Source: TPA_inf: Saccharomyces (lineage: Eukaryota). Taken from it: DNA of 64,000 nucleotides. Positions 1 through 10,909 of this stretch are shown here, piece after piece; within the stretch, counting starts at the first letter, position 1; each line of letters begins with the position of its first letter. Both the position numbers and the translations under genes were made by a program. Under the pieces are notes generated by a model. It worked only from the letters and a program-made list of their open reading frames with translations. It had not been told where the DNA came from and did no database searches. Location of the stretch: positions 64,001-128,000 of the forward strand of contig BK006943.2 in assembly GCA_000146045.2 (NCBI GenBank), written 5' to 3'.

Positions 1-3000
1 CTGTTTCTTCATTTGCTAGCGCTAATGAGTTAATAGCTGAGCCACACGCTGCAAGTGAAACTAATCTTGGAACTAATGGTCAAGATGGAAGAAATGTCTT
101 AGAACAACAAAGAGACGTGGTTGCTAGACTAATAGAAGAAAACAAGGAAACGCAAAAAGAGGGTGATAAAGTCTGTATTGTCCCCAAGGTTTGGTACGAT
201 AAATTTTTCGACCCCGATGTTACCGATCCTGAAGATATAGGCCCTATTAATACACGCATGATTTGCAGAGACTTTGAAAATTTTGTGCTTGAGGATTACA
301 ATAGATGTCCGTATCTGTCTATTGCAGAGCCTGTTTTCAATTTTCTATCAGAAATTTACGGCATGACAAGTGGCTCTTACCCAGTGGTAACTAATTTGGT
401 TATCAACCAAACCACAGGGGAGTTAGAGACAGAATACAATAAATGGTTTTTCAGACTACATTACCTGACCGAAAAACAAGACGGGAGGAAAAGGAGGCAT
501 GGCCAGGACGATTCAATAATGTACCTCTCGATGTCTGCGTTGAATTTAGTACGTGATTTGGTTGAAAAGAGTATGAATCTGTTTTTTGAGAAAGCTGATC
601 ATCTAGACGTGAATGCGGTGGATTTTAAAATTTGGTTTGTGTCAGAGGGATCTGATATTGCCACAGATAGCAATGTTAGTACTTTTTTGAATTCTTCATA
701 TGAAATAACTCCGCTTCAATTTCTCGAACTACCGATAAAGAAACTACTAATACCAGACATGTTTGAAAACCGTTTAGACAAGATAACTTCAAATCCGAGT
801 GACCTTGTCATAGAAATTAAACCTATAGAAGGGAATCACCATTGGCCTTCAAACTATTTTGCTTATAATAAACTCGAACCAGCATCAGGTACTACTGGTT
901 TGGTCAATTTGGGAAATACATGTTACATGAATTCTGCGTTGCAATGCCTGGTACACATTCCGCAGTTGCGTGATTATTTCCTTTATGATGGTTATGAAGA
1001 CGAAATCAATGAAGAAAATCCTCTTGGGTACCACGGCTATGTGGCTAGGGCATTTAGTGACTTGGTTCAGAAGTTGTTTCAAAACAGGATGAGCATAATG
1101 CAAAGAAATGCTGCTTTCCCCCCTTCAATGTTCAAATCCACTATCGGGCACTTTAATTCGATGTTTTCTGGTTATATGCAACAGGATTCTCAAGAATTTT
1201 TAGCCTTCCTGTTAGACAGTTTACATGAAGATTTGAACAGGATAATAAAGAAAGAATACACAGAAAAACCATCATTATCTCCTGGTGATGACGTGAATGA
1301 TTGGAATGTAGTCAAGAAACTGGCAGACGATACTTGGGAGATGCATTTAAAGAGAAATTGTTCCGTTATAACGGATTTATTTGTCGGGATGTACAAATCA
1401 ACGCTATATTGTCCCGAATGTCAAAATGTTTCTATAACGTTTGACCCGTATAATGATGTTACATTGCCGCTTCCGGTTGATACAGTGTGGGATAAAACTA
1501 TAAAAATTTTTCCCATGAACTCTCCACCACTTCTTCTTGAAGTTGAGTTAAGCAAATCGTCCACTTATATGGACTTGAAGAATTATGTTGGTAAAATGTC
1601 GGGCCTAGATCCAAATACACTATTTGGCTGTGAGATTTTCAGTAATCAAATCTATGTTAACTATGAGTCAACAGAGTCGAATGCTCAATTTTTAACCTTG
1701 CAGGAATTGATCAAACCTGCTGATGACGTTATTTTTTATGAATTACCAGTAACAAATGACAATGAAGTAATTGTTCCCGTATTGAATACTAGAATTGAAA
1801 AAGGCTACAAAAATGCAATGTTATTTGGAGTCCCTTTCTTTATTACGTTAAAAGAAGATGAATTGAATAATCCAGGTGCAATAAGAATGAAATTGCAAAA
1901 CAGGTTTGTCCATTTAAGTGGTGGGTATATCCCATTTCCTGAACCTGTAGGAAATCGAACCGATTTTGCTGATGCTTTTCCATTATTAGTAGAAAAATAT
2001 CCAGATGTTGAATTTGAACAATATAAAGATATACTACAGTATACGTCTATTAAGGTGACTGACAAGGATAAATCCTTTTTTTCCATCAAGATTCTGTCTG
2101 TAGAAAAAGAGCAGCAATTTGCTAGTAATAACCGAACAGGGCCTAATTTCTGGACCCCTATCTCCCAGTTAAACCTTGACAAAGCTACAGATATAGACGA
2201 TAAACTTGAAGATGTGGTGAAGGATATCTACAATTATTCATCCTTAGTAGATTGTGCTGAAGGGGTCCTTATGCAAGTGGATGATGAGGGAGATACCGAG
2301 GGTAGTGAAGCAAAGAATTTTTCCAAGCCCTTCCAATCGGGAGATGATGAAGAAAATAAAGAAACTGTAACAAATAATGAAAATGTAAATAATACTAATG
2401 ATCGGGATGAAGATATGGAACTAACAGATGATGTTGAAGAAGATGCAAGTACAGAGCCAGAATTAACAGATAAGCCAGAGGCGTTAGATAAAATTAAGGA
2501 TAGCTTGACTTCCACTCCGTTTGCGATTCTTTCTATGAATGATATTATTGTTTGTGAGTGGAGCGAATTGGGTTCAAATGAGGCATTTTCCGATGATAAA
2601 ATATATAACTGGGAAAATCCAGCTACTTTGCCTAACAAAGAGTTGGAGAACGCTAAGTTGGAAAGATCTAACGCTAAGGAAAGAACCATAACCTTGGACG
2701 ATTGTCTCCAATTATTTTCCAAACCAGAAATACTAGGATTAACCGATTCGTGGTACTGCCCTACATGCAAGGAACATCGTCAGGCTACCAAACAAATACA
2801 ACTTTGGAATACACCAGATATTCTGCTAATTCACCTTAAAAGGTTTGAAAGTCAAAGGTCTTTTAGCGATAAAATTGATGCCACGGTTAATTTCCCCATT
2901 ACAGATTTGGATCTGTCGAGGTACGTTGTCTATAAAGATGATCCCAGAGGTTTAATCTATGACCTGTATGCAGTAGATAACCACTATGGTGGTTTGGGTG

Positions 3001-3569
3001 GTGGGCACTATACCGCGTACGTAAAGAATTTTGCCGACAATAAATGGTACTATTTTGATGATTCTCGAGTAACTGAAACTGCGCCAGAAAATAGTATAGC
3101 TGGATCGGCTTATTTGCTATTTTACATTCGCCGTCATAAAGATGGCAATGGATTAGGCAGCTCTAAACTACAGGAAATAATCCAAAAGTCACGCCACGGA
3201 TATGATGAGCGTATCAAAAAGATATACGATGAACAGATGAAGTTGTATGAATTTAATAAGACTGACGAGGAGGAAGATGTTTCTGATGATATGATAGAAT
3301 GTAATGAAGATGTGCAGGCCCCTGAATATAGTAATCGTAGTTTGGAGGTTGGGCATATTGAAACTCAGGACTGCAACGACGAAGATGACAATGATGATGG
3401 TGAGAGGACAAATTCAGGTAGGAGAAAGTTAAGATTGTTGAAAAAAGTCTACAAGAATAATTCAGGCTTGGGTTCATCGAGTACGTCTGAAATATCTGAG
3501 GGATGCCCAGAAAACGAAGTCGCTGATTTGAATTTAAAAAATGGTGTGACACTAGAATCGCCAGAATAA
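1..3569 (+). CDS. UBP12: Ubiquitin C-terminal hydrolase, 5'-truncated by the window edge. The reading frame is open from position 3; the true ATG lies upstream of the window.
   Basis: Long ORF with USP-family Cys-box and His-box motifs (GLVNLGNTCYMNSALQC ... HYTAYVKN). The frame is open to the window start with no stop. The ORF-track start at 117 is a GTG, not a real start. Divergent neighbour arrangement with ELO1 and CDC6 matches chrX YJL197W. Confidence 0.9.
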   Translation, partial: VSSFASANELIAEPHAASETNLGTNGQDGRNVLEQQRDVVARLIEENKETQKEGDKVCIVPKVWYDKFFDPDVTDPEDIGPINTRMICRDFENFVLEDYNRCPYLSIAEPVFNFLSEIYGMTSGSYPVVTNLVINQTTGELETEYNKWFFRLHYLTEKQDGRKRRHGQDDSIMYLSMSALNLVRDLVEKSMNLFFEKADHLDVNAVDFKIWFVSEGSDIATDSNVSTFLNSSYEITPLQFLELPIKKLLIPDMFENRLDKITSNPSDLVIEIKPIEGNHHWPSNYFAYNKLEPASGTTGLVNLGNTCYMNSALQCLVHIPQLRDYFLYDGYEDEINEENPLGYHGYVARAFSDLVQKLFQNRMSIMQRNAAFPPSMFKSTIGHFNSMFSGYMQQDSQEFLAFLLDSLHEDLNRIIKKEYTEKPSLSPGDDVNDWNVVKKLADDTWEMHLKRNCSVITDLFVGMYKSTLYCPECQNVSITFDPYNDVTLPLPVDTVWDKTIKIFPMNSPPLLLEVELSKSSTYMDLKNYVGKMSGLDPNTLFGCEIFSNQIYVNYESTESNAQFLTLQELIKPADDVIFYELPVTNDNEVIVPVLNTRIEKGYKNAMLFGVPFFITLKEDELNNPGAIRMKLQNRFVHLSGGYIPFPEPVGNRTDFADAFPLLVEKYPDVEFEQYKDILQYTSIKVTDKDKSFFSIKILSVEKEQQFASNNRTGPNFWTPISQLNLDKATDIDDKLEDVVKDIYNYSSLVDCAEGVLMQVDDEGDTEGSEAKNFSKPFQSGDDEENKETVTNNENVNNTNDRDEDMELTDDVEEDASTEPELTDKPEALDKIKDSLTSTPFAILSMNDIIVCEWSELGSNEAFSDDKIYNWENPATLPNKELENAKLERSNAKERTITLDDCLQLFSKPEILGLTDSWYCPTCKEHRQATKQIQLWNTPDILLIHLKRFESQRSFSDKIDATVNFPITDLDLSRYVVYKDDPRGLIYDLYAVDNHYGGLGGGHYTAYVKNFADNKWYYFDDSRVTETAPENSIAGSAYLLFYIRRHKDGNGLGSSKLQEIIQKSRHGYDERIKKIYDEQMKLYEFNKTDEEEDVSDDMIECNEDVQAPEYSNRSLEVGHIETQDCNDEDDNDDGERTNSGRRKLRLLKKVYKNNSGLGSSSTSEISEGCPENEVADLNLKNGVTLESPE

Positions 3570-3849
3570 TGACATGAGTTTATATGATAGATAAAATTAA
3601 TAAATTTCCACATGTATAATACTTTTCAATCTTTTTCGCCTACTATTTACTGCCTAGGCTAATAAATTATATGTTTTTGTCCTGGGCGCGACATTCCAAA
3701 AAAAAAATAAAAAAGAAGAGAAAATACTGGCTTATGAATACAAAAATTACATAAACGAAGCAAAATGATTATTTCGAATAAAACAGTCTATATATAAGTC
3801 AAATACAAGATAGGAAGAAAAACAGAAAAAAACAAAACAGAAGGACTGG

Positions 3850-4782
3850 TTAATTGTTTTTGTTGATCTTCTTCTTACCACTAGCACTTCCACGTTTGTA
3901 AACCTCAATATAGAAAGAGATGAACAAAAACAAGTAGGATGTAAGAATGGCTGCACCAGCAGCAATAGCCGTCATTGAACCTAAGCAATCCTCACACTGT
4001 GGAGTACAAGCATTTTTGAAATATGCAGCAACAATCTTCTGATAAAGCACGTAATAAACGACAATGAGATCAAGCATGAACTGCACAATTTGTAGTCTTG
4101 TAACCCAGGCTTTCCACCAAACACGAATTCCGCTAGCAGAAAGGAAATAATACCAATACATAAGAACGTGAACAGCTAAGTTTAAGGTGACAGGAACCCA
4201 TGTAACTGCTGTGTAACCAACCAATTGATTATAGCACAGTAAAGCTGTAGCACCATGATGGTATGTATGTAGGAAAGTCAACTTTCTATGTTTCAACACC
4301 ATCAAGACAGTGTCTGCGAACTCCACAAACTTTGTCATATAGTTGAGATAATATAATGTCTCCATCGGTTGCGTCCACGATTCAACATTACAAACAGCAA
4401 AATACAGCCCATGGCGATACACTATGGGTAGCATCTGTTCCACCATCAAAATCAACCATAAAAAGGAAACAGAAGTCAACATCAAGTTATGGACTTGAGA
4501 AATAAATCTCAACTTGAGAGGTTTACATGACTTTACCAGGGACCTCCCGCCAAATATAACCACATAATACATGGCAATAAAAAGCAGTACCGGACGAGGT
4601 TCACTCAAAGGCTGCTTCCCAACGGTAAACTCAAAATCCTTTGGCTGGAAGCGACCTGCAGTGGCCCACCCAACCGCACGATTGAAATAGTCCCACAAAT
4701 AAATATTAAAAAAAGGCCTATCTATTGTTGGGCGAAACCTAGAGGCTTTCTCGAGGCAAAAATTTTTCCAATCACTTACCAT
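3850..4782 (-). CDS. ELO1: Fatty acid elongase (ELO family), 310 aa
   Basis: Translation MVSDWKNFCLEKASRF... contains the HxxHH elongase motif (LHTYHHGATALLCY). I chose the ATG giving the known 310-aa product; the track ORF runs 4 codons further upstream. Confidence 0.9.
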   Translation of the reverse strand: MVSDWKNFCLEKASRFRPTIDRPFFNIYLWDYFNRAVGWATAGRFQPKDFEFTVGKQPLSEPRPVLLFIAMYYVVIFGGRSLVKSCKPLKLRFISQVHNLMLTSVSFLWLILMVEQMLPIVYRHGLYFAVCNVESWTQPMETLYYLNYMTKFVEFADTVLMVLKHRKLTFLHTYHHGATALLCYNQLVGYTAVTWVPVTLNLAVHVLMYWYYFLSASGIRVWWKAWVTRLQIVQFMLDLIVVYYVLYQKIVAAYFKNACTPQCEDCLGSMTAIAAGAAILTSYLFLFISFYIEVYKRGSASGKKKINKNN

Positions 4783-4935
4783 ACTTGCTTGCAAATTTAG
4801 CTCTCAAGTTCCTTAAAATTGATAAGGTATCCTACCTTAATATTCATATCAGTTAGTCTTATATACTTCTACCTCTTTTTCTGGCTTCCTTTCTTTCCCT
4901 TATGTCCTTCGGTTTACTAATCCGTAAAGCCGACG

Positions 4936-4942
4936 CGGGTAA
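4936..4942. promoter_or_regulatory. Reb1 site CGGGTAA in the ELO1/CDC6 intergenic region; a second TTACCCGG sits at 59538-59545
   Basis: Exact matches to the Reb1 core TTACCCG. Confidence 0.45.
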
Positions 4943-5133
4943 GCCAAGACCCTGAGTTTAGAACTAATATTTCGTCACGTCACGTAAGTGCAAGGTAATA
5001 AAAGCAGCAGAAATATCTGTAGTTTCAACAAAATATGTCTGGCTTGCGATTTGTTGTGTTTTGAAACTAGTTGCTAGTCTGCATTCCTTTGTTTTCCCTG
5101 AATTACCCAAAGAAGAAAGCGACGCGAGGCCTC

Positions 5134-5139
5134 ACGCGT
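5134..5139. promoter_or_regulatory. MluI cell-cycle box (ACGCGT, MBF/SBF site) in the CDC6 promoter
   Basis: Perfect palindromic hexamer about 200 bp upstream of a G1/S- and M/G1-regulated gene. Confidence 0.6.
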
Positions 5140-5160
5140 CGGAGTTTCCAGATCAGGAAA

Positions 5161-5176
5161 TTACCCACTTAGGAAA
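5161..5176 (+). promoter_or_regulatory. Early cell-cycle box (Mcm1 site) TTACCCACTTAGGAAA, about 165 bp upstream of the CDC6 ATG
   Basis: Exact match to the ECB consensus TTWCCCNNNNAGGAAA. The ACGCGT MCB at 5134-5139 and the ACGCGA/GACGCG variants at 5121-5128 and 4932-4937 flank it. Confidence 0.7.
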
Positions 5177-5337
5177 TTGAGTTGGCTGGCAGAAAAGATA
5201 TAACGCCATCTTGAAAAATAGTATTAGTTAGTCTATTTTTTCATTTATATAGTAGAGGTATATTCTCTGGAAGAACAATTTTGGAATATTCAGAACACTG
5301 CGCTGCACTATTTTCATCAATAGTACCATATACGTTC

Positions 5338-6879
5338 ATGTCAGCTATACCAATAACTCCAACTAAGCGTATCAGAAGAAATCTATTTGACGATGCTCCA
5401 GCAACGCCTCCACGACCTTTGAAAAGAAAAAAGTTGCAGTTCACAGATGTTACACCAGAATCATCCCCAGAAAAACTGCAGTTTGGCTCACAGTCTATTT
5501 TTTTGAGGACAAAGGCACTTTTGCAGAAGTCATCTGAGCTAGTCAACTTGAATAGCAGCGATGGTGCATTGCCAGCAAGAACAGCAGAGTACGAACAAGT
5601 TATGAATTTTTTGGCGAAGGCAATTTCTGAACACAGGTCCGATTCACTGTACATCACGGGTCCGCCTGGCACTGGCAAGACTGCCCAGCTTGATATGATT
5701 ATAAGACAGAAGTTCCAGTCCCTCCCATTGTCGCTCTCCACGCCACGCTCGAAGGACGTGCTGAGACATACGAATCCGAACTTGCAGAATTTGTCCTGGT
5801 TTGAATTGCCCGATGGAAGGCTAGAATCCGTGGCGGTAACCAGTATTAATTGTATATCGTTGGGAGAGCCGTCCTCCATTTTCCAGAAGATTTTCGATTC
5901 CTTCCAAGATCTGAATGGCCCAACATTGCAAATAAAAAACATGCAGCATCTACAGAAGTTCTTAGAGCCTTATCATAAGAAAACTACGTTTGTGGTTGTG
6001 TTGGACGAGATGGACAGGCTATTGCATGCTAACACGAGCGAGACACAATCAGTTAGAACTATTCTTGAATTATTCCTTTTGGCGAAATTGCCTACTGTGA
6101 GTTTTGTGTTAATCGGTATGGCTAATAGTCTAGATATGAAAGATAGGTTTCTTTCCAGGTTAAATTTGGACAGAGGGTTGTTACCGCAAACTATAGTTTT
6201 TCAGCCATACACTGCTGAGCAAATGTATGAAATCGTCATTCAAAAAATGAGTAGTCTGCCCACTATTATCTTCCAACCGATGGCCATCAAATTCGCAGCA
6301 AAGAAGTGTGCTGGAAATACGGGTGACCTTCGAAAACTTTTTGATGTCTTAAGGGGAAGTATCGAAATCTATGAGTTAGAAAAGCGGTTTCTGCTTTCAC
6401 CAACAAGAGGATCATTGAACTCTGCGCAAGTTCCTTTGACGCCAACTACTTCTCCGGTAAAGAAATCGTATCCAGAACCACAAGGTAAAATAGGCTTGAA
6501 CTACATAGCCAAGGTCTTCTCAAAATTCGTGAACAATAATTCTACGAGAACGAGGATAGCCAAACTAAACATCCAGCAAAAATTAATTCTTTGCACCATA
6601 ATTCAATCACTGAAGCTAAATTCCGATGCTACAATCGACGAATCGTTTGATCATTATATCAAAGCGATAACAAAAACTGATACTTTAGCACCATTGCAGA
6701 GAAATGAATTTTTGGAAATCTGTACAATTTTAGAAACTTGTGGGCTGGTTTCAATCAAAAAGACAAAGTGTAAAGGGAAAACCAAGAGATTTGTTGATAA
6801 GATTGATGTTGATCTCGACATGCGAGAATTTTATGATGAGATGACCAAAATTTCAATTTTGAAACCTTTCCTTCACTAG
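5338..6879 (+). CDS. CDC6: Pre-replicative complex loader Cdc6 (AAA+ ATPase), 513 aa
   Basis: MSAIPITPTKRIRRNLFDDAPATPP... with Walker A GPPGTGKT. The track ORF begins 19 codons upstream at an out-of-context ATG. ECB and MCB elements lie upstream (see regulatory features). Confidence 0.92.
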   Translation: MSAIPITPTKRIRRNLFDDAPATPPRPLKRKKLQFTDVTPESSPEKLQFGSQSIFLRTKALLQKSSELVNLNSSDGALPARTAEYEQVMNFLAKAISEHRSDSLYITGPPGTGKTAQLDMIIRQKFQSLPLSLSTPRSKDVLRHTNPNLQNLSWFELPDGRLESVAVTSINCISLGEPSSIFQKIFDSFQDLNGPTLQIKNMQHLQKFLEPYHKKTTFVVVLDEMDRLLHANTSETQSVRTILELFLLAKLPTVSFVLIGMANSLDMKDRFLSRLNLDRGLLPQTIVFQPYTAEQMYEIVIQKMSSLPTIIFQPMAIKFAAKKCAGNTGDLRKLFDVLRGSIEIYELEKRFLLSPTRGSLNSAQVPLTPTTSPVKKSYPEPQGKIGLNYIAKVFSKFVNNNSTRTRIAKLNIQQKLILCTIIQSLKLNSDATIDESFDHYIKAITKTDTLAPLQRNEFLEICTILETCGLVSIKKTKCKGKTKRFVDKIDVDLDMREFYDEMTKISILKPFLH

Positions 6880-7365
6880 TCAGCTAATAGATTTATTTTT
6901 TCTTTTTTTTTTACAGTTCCACTTGCATCCCTCATTTTTCACATTCCTTTTTTTATAGAAAAGCATATCACTATATAAAAATTCTATTATAGTTGTAACA
7001 GCATAGCATATTATAGACTTTTTTTTTCTGGAAACGGTTAAACCGTTTGGCTGAGATGCAATGATATACGCAACATTGCATTCAAAGAAATTGCAAAAAA
7101 GACACAATAAAACGTAATTTGTACAAATATTTTACTATCATTAGCTACTGGATGCAGAATGGATGATTGTTAGGGGGAGGTGGGGTACAATTGTTTGTTT
7201 TTGATACATTTTCTCTTTCAAATCGCAACCAATTCACTCTGCTAATGTGATAACAATGGCGCCTGTCGGAAAGGTGAAAAAAAAAAAATGCAAACAAATA
7301 AATTGGCACGGTGTGACATATGCCTTCTATAATAATGAAGGAACTCGAAGAAAAAGGGGAAAACG

Positions 7366-8574
7366 ATGTTTCAACAGCTGTCGGCATCCATTAGGCACAA
7401 TGCACACATAATTTTTTTATGCATAAGTTGGTATTTTATTTCATCGTTGGCATCTCAGGTAACGAAGCAGGTACTAACGGTTTGCCCATTACCACTTTTT
7501 TTGGGTGAGTTTCAGTTCATTTATACTGCTGTGCTAGCATGGTTTACGTGTTATATTGCATATAGTTTCCCAGGATTCTATCGCATATTTCCTAATGGTA
7601 CTTTTCCGGAATATTATATCGACGACAGAGAAACTAGCCGTGCAGCTAGGAAAGAATCAAAACTATCCTCCCTCATTATACCGCCCTCTAAACCAATCCT
7701 GCAAACAGTTCTACCTTTAGGTCTTTTCCAATTTGTAGGGAAATATTTTGGGCATACAGCTACCTCTTTGGTGCCTGTTTCCACGGTTGCAAGTATAAAA
7801 ACGCTATCCCCCATGTTTATCCTTTTGCTCCAAAAGATTTTGAAAATATCCACTTTGAAAATTACTTTAACTCTTATCTTTAGTTTATGCACTTTAGTTC
7901 TTGGAGTTTGGATTATAGTTCAAGAAGATAATCGTTCACCGGCCTCTTCCAATGAGCTGAGAGAATTCTCTAAATACGGCGTAATATGCGCTATGATATC
8001 AATGTTCATTTTTGTCTTGCAAAATATATATGGCAAGACCGTGTTCACGTACAGATCTCAAACAGATGAATCTCAAAGTAATTCTGGATTCTCACGGCAA
8101 GAATCACCTTTACCCTTATATGAAAAGTTGGATGAGAAACTTGTTGCGAAAAAGAAACCTAAATCATATGACAAATTGACTTTAATGATTTATATTTCCC
8201 TTGTTGGATTTTGTTTATCGTTTGGCTGGTTTATCACTCTAGAATTTCCTGTACTATTTAGGTATTTTTTTCAAATTAACAGCTCTTCTACAGTAATAAA
8301 AGCTTTTCCAGTCTCTTTATTTTTACTGAACGGGACATTCCACTTCATTCAGGCAATGATTACATTTCATTTACTGGGTGAGGTCTCAACTTTAACATAT
8401 TCAATAGCGAATCTGATGAAGCGCTTTGCCATTATTGCGGTTAGTTGGGTCTTTATTGGAAGAAGAATTACTTGGCTGCAAGTGTTCGGTTTGGTTCTGA
8501 ACACATTAGGGTTATTCCTTTATGAAAGATGCACATCACAATCGAAAATAAAAGCGAAAATACGTCCTGAGTAG
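7366..8574 (+). CDS. Putative membrane transporter (triose-phosphate/nucleotide-sugar transporter-like), 402 aa
   Basis: Hydrophobic multi-TM ORF MFQQLSASIRHNAHIIFLCISWYF..., consistent in position with YJL193W between CDC6 and SOP4. Confidence 0.8.
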   Translation: MFQQLSASIRHNAHIIFLCISWYFISSLASQVTKQVLTVCPLPLFLGEFQFIYTAVLAWFTCYIAYSFPGFYRIFPNGTFPEYYIDDRETSRAARKESKLSSLIIPPSKPILQTVLPLGLFQFVGKYFGHTATSLVPVSTVASIKTLSPMFILLLQKILKISTLKITLTLIFSLCTLVLGVWIIVQEDNRSPASSNELREFSKYGVICAMISMFIFVLQNIYGKTVFTYRSQTDESQSNSGFSRQESPLPLYEKLDEKLVAKKKPKSYDKLTLMIYISLVGFCLSFGWFITLEFPVLFRYFFQINSSSTVIKAFPVSLFLLNGTFHFIQAMITFHLLGEVSTLTYSIANLMKRFAIIAVSWVFIGRRITWLQVFGLVLNTLGLFLYERCTSQSKIKAKIRPE

Positions 8575-8709
8575 TTTAACATGATAGAATATAAATGCAA
8601 ATAATATTTATTCCCTTTAGGAAATACGGGTGTTTTGAATTTACTTATCTGTACCATACATAAAATTTACATATAATAATAGAATCTTTATCAACACATA
8701 ATAGTCACT

Positions 8710-9414
8710 CTACTTTGAGGCAACGGCAGCATACTTTTCTCTTTGTTTTCTTTTTGCCTCCTCTCTGATGGCTCGAGCTGTTTCGGGGTCCAACTTTTCT
8801 ACTATGATTGGGAAAACGACAAGGGCAATTAAGGTAATAACGCCCGCCAGTTTCCAACGTGAGTTCAAAATATTACCCACAATACCTGTAGAAAAGATAC
8901 TGACGTTTCTAGCCTGTAAATAAGATCTAATCGGGGCCTTATGTAAAAGCTCCACTGTAATATAAGGGTGCACCTTCATAGATTGTAATTTTTCTGGGTA
9001 CGTTATATCTTTGGATGGGAAATATTCTCTTCCAAAAAAGTTCTTGAACGCGTTCAATTGTAAGGTGCCATTCTCTAAATTCTTGAATTCAATAAGAATT
9101 CTGTTTGGCTTCAGATTGAAGTCCATAGATGCTGGGTACATCACATAGTATGTCGTTTCATTAACACCGTCGTTTAAAGGGAGATTAGCGAATTCAAAGT
9201 TGCCTTCGTCATCTTGAAACATGGTCGTAGATGTGTAAGGATATTCTGTCGAAAAATTGCCGATCTGATAAAGTTTGAAACTTGTTCTAGTTGAAACAAA
9301 GCCGGTGATGTTACTTGCTGCTAAGTCTAAGCGACCCTTAATGGTCCCTCTCCTGGCCGTAGCACTGGCGACATAAATAAATGCACTGAGTAAAAGAACA
9401 ATCTGTGAAAACAT
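8710..9414 (-). CDS. SOP4: ER membrane protein Sop4, about 234 aa
   Basis: ORF M(TM)FSQIVLLLSAFIYVASA... with an N-terminal signal sequence and a C-terminal TM segment. The start is either 9414 or 9420 (two in-frame ATGs). Confidence 0.75.
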   Translation of the reverse strand: MFSQIVLLLSAFIYVASATARRGTIKGRLDLAASNITGFVSTRTSFKLYQIGNFSTEYPYTSTTMFQDDEGNFEFANLPLNDGVNETTYYVMYPASMDFNLKPNRILIEFKNLENGTLQLNAFKNFFGREYFPSKDITYPEKLQSMKVHPYITVELLHKAPIRSYLQARNVSIFSTGIVGNILNSRWKLAGVITLIALVVFPIIVEKLDPETARAIREEAKRKQREKYAAVASK

Positions 9415-9785
9415 CGTCACACTGCTCTTTCACTTGTTGATCAAATTTACTTTGATGATATTTAATGGCTTGACAAATTCGTTCATCTTAATTTCATACA
9501 TAATTTCATCCTGAAATCCTCGATCATTTTCGAGACTGTTTTTCGAGCTTGATTTTATATGTGGTGTAAACACATCATTGTACATCCTTGCACCACACTG
9601 AAAAGAATATGGAAAAAATTTCAAACTTTTTAATGGGTGATAGACTTGAAAAACAAAACGGAATAAAAGATATAGTCGCAAGAACTTGCCTTCTACGAGT
9701 ATAAAAGCGGTACTATTCCTTCTGTATGCATCTTCATCGCAAGAGAGAAAAAGACTGAAATCAACAACTCCCAATAACAATTAAG

Positions 9786-10611
9786 AATGGCTAACGGTAC
9801 GTGAAAGGGGTGATATCCTGTTTAAAACCATTTAGTTATTCTTTTTTTCAGATGGAGACTGTGATCGGGTAGCGCATGATGTTATTATTGGAATTTTATT
9901 TTTTTTGCAACTTTGAAGCACTCCTAACTATATTGCAATAGTGTTATGAGATGCTACTTATGTTTGTAAGGCCATGAAATTCTGTAATACGGAGTTAAAA
10001 TTTCTGCAATAAAGCACTTCAATGCTATTGTGTTATAGAGGCTCTGCGCTCACCCTTAATACTGTATCATCTGTAATAAAGAATGTTTATCTTAAAAGGA
10101 TTGTAACTAAATGGTTGTTAGATAGTGACTCATTCGTTTATTTTTTAATAATCGAAAAAGCAGAAGTTCTGTTTACTAACAACTATACCTCTTATCATGT
10201 ATAGACCTTGTTCAAGCTCGCGATAACTCTCAAGTCTTTGGTGTTGCCAGAATCTACGCCTCCTTTAACGATACCTTTGTACATGTTACCGATTTATCTG
10301 GTAAGGAAACTATCGCCAGAGTTACTGGTGGTATGAAAGTCAAGGCCGACAGAGACGAATCATCTCCATACGCTGCTATGTTGGCTGCCCAAGATGTTGC
10401 CGCTAAGTGTAAGGAAGTCGGTATCACTGCCGTTCACGTTAAGATCAGAGCTACTGGTGGTACCAGAACCAAGACCCCAGGACCAGGTGGTCAAGCCGCT
10501 TTGAGAGCTTTGGCCAGATCTGGTTTGAGGATTGGCCGTATCGAAGACGTTACTCCAGTCCCATCAGACTCCACCAGAAAGAAGGGTGGTAGAAGAGGTA
10601 GAAGATTATGA
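9786..10611 (+). CDS. RPS14B: Ribosomal protein S14 (B copy), split by an intron. Exon 1 is 9786..9795 (ATGGCTAACG), exon 2 is 10205..10611.
   Basis: ATGGCTAACG|GTACGT donor at 9796. Branchpoint TACTAAC at 10173-10179. Acceptor ATAG ends at 10204. The spliced product is [21 protein letters not shown]...RRGRRL, matching Rps14. Confidence 0.9.
9796..10204 (+). other. RPS14B: Spliceosomal intron of RPS14B (409 nt; GTACGT donor, TACTAAC branchpoint, TAG acceptor)
   Basis: Canonical yeast splice signals seen directly. The exon junction restores the Rps14 reading frame. Confidence 0.88.
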
Positions 10612-10909
10612 TTTCTTTTTTTTTTACTCTATTAACGCATGGAAATACGGCTTTACCTTCTCACATAAATATAGTTTGTTTAATTAATAAAGCCAATATA
10701 AACATTTGCATATTCGACTTCGTGCATGCAGAAATGCGGCAGATAAATTCATTTCTGTCTAATCTTTTGAACAGTTTTAAAGTACAAATATATTAGTATT
10801 TAACAGGAAAACTAAAAAAATGTATAATAAGAAATGAGTAAAGTTATGAGGCTATCTTGTGTTTATTATAGTATATAAAGCTACCGAAAAGGTTGTTGTA
10901 ACAAGTAGC

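Noticed and set aside
117-119. ORF-track start of the first ORF at 117 (translated as M)
   Set aside because: The codon at 117-119 is GTG. The reading frame is open to the window edge, so UBP12 is 5'-truncated by the window rather than starting here.
4965-4990. GTCACGTCACGTAAG upstream of CDC6 as a tandem E-box
   Set aside because: The motif is CACGTC/CACGTA, not the CACGTG palindrome. This is likely not a Cbf1 site.
10022-10204. 60-aa ORF inside the RPS14B intron and 62-aa ORF (27101-27289, minus) inside the RPL17B intron
   Set aside because: Each is bounded by canonical splice signals of the host RP gene, and both have AT-rich low-complexity translations.
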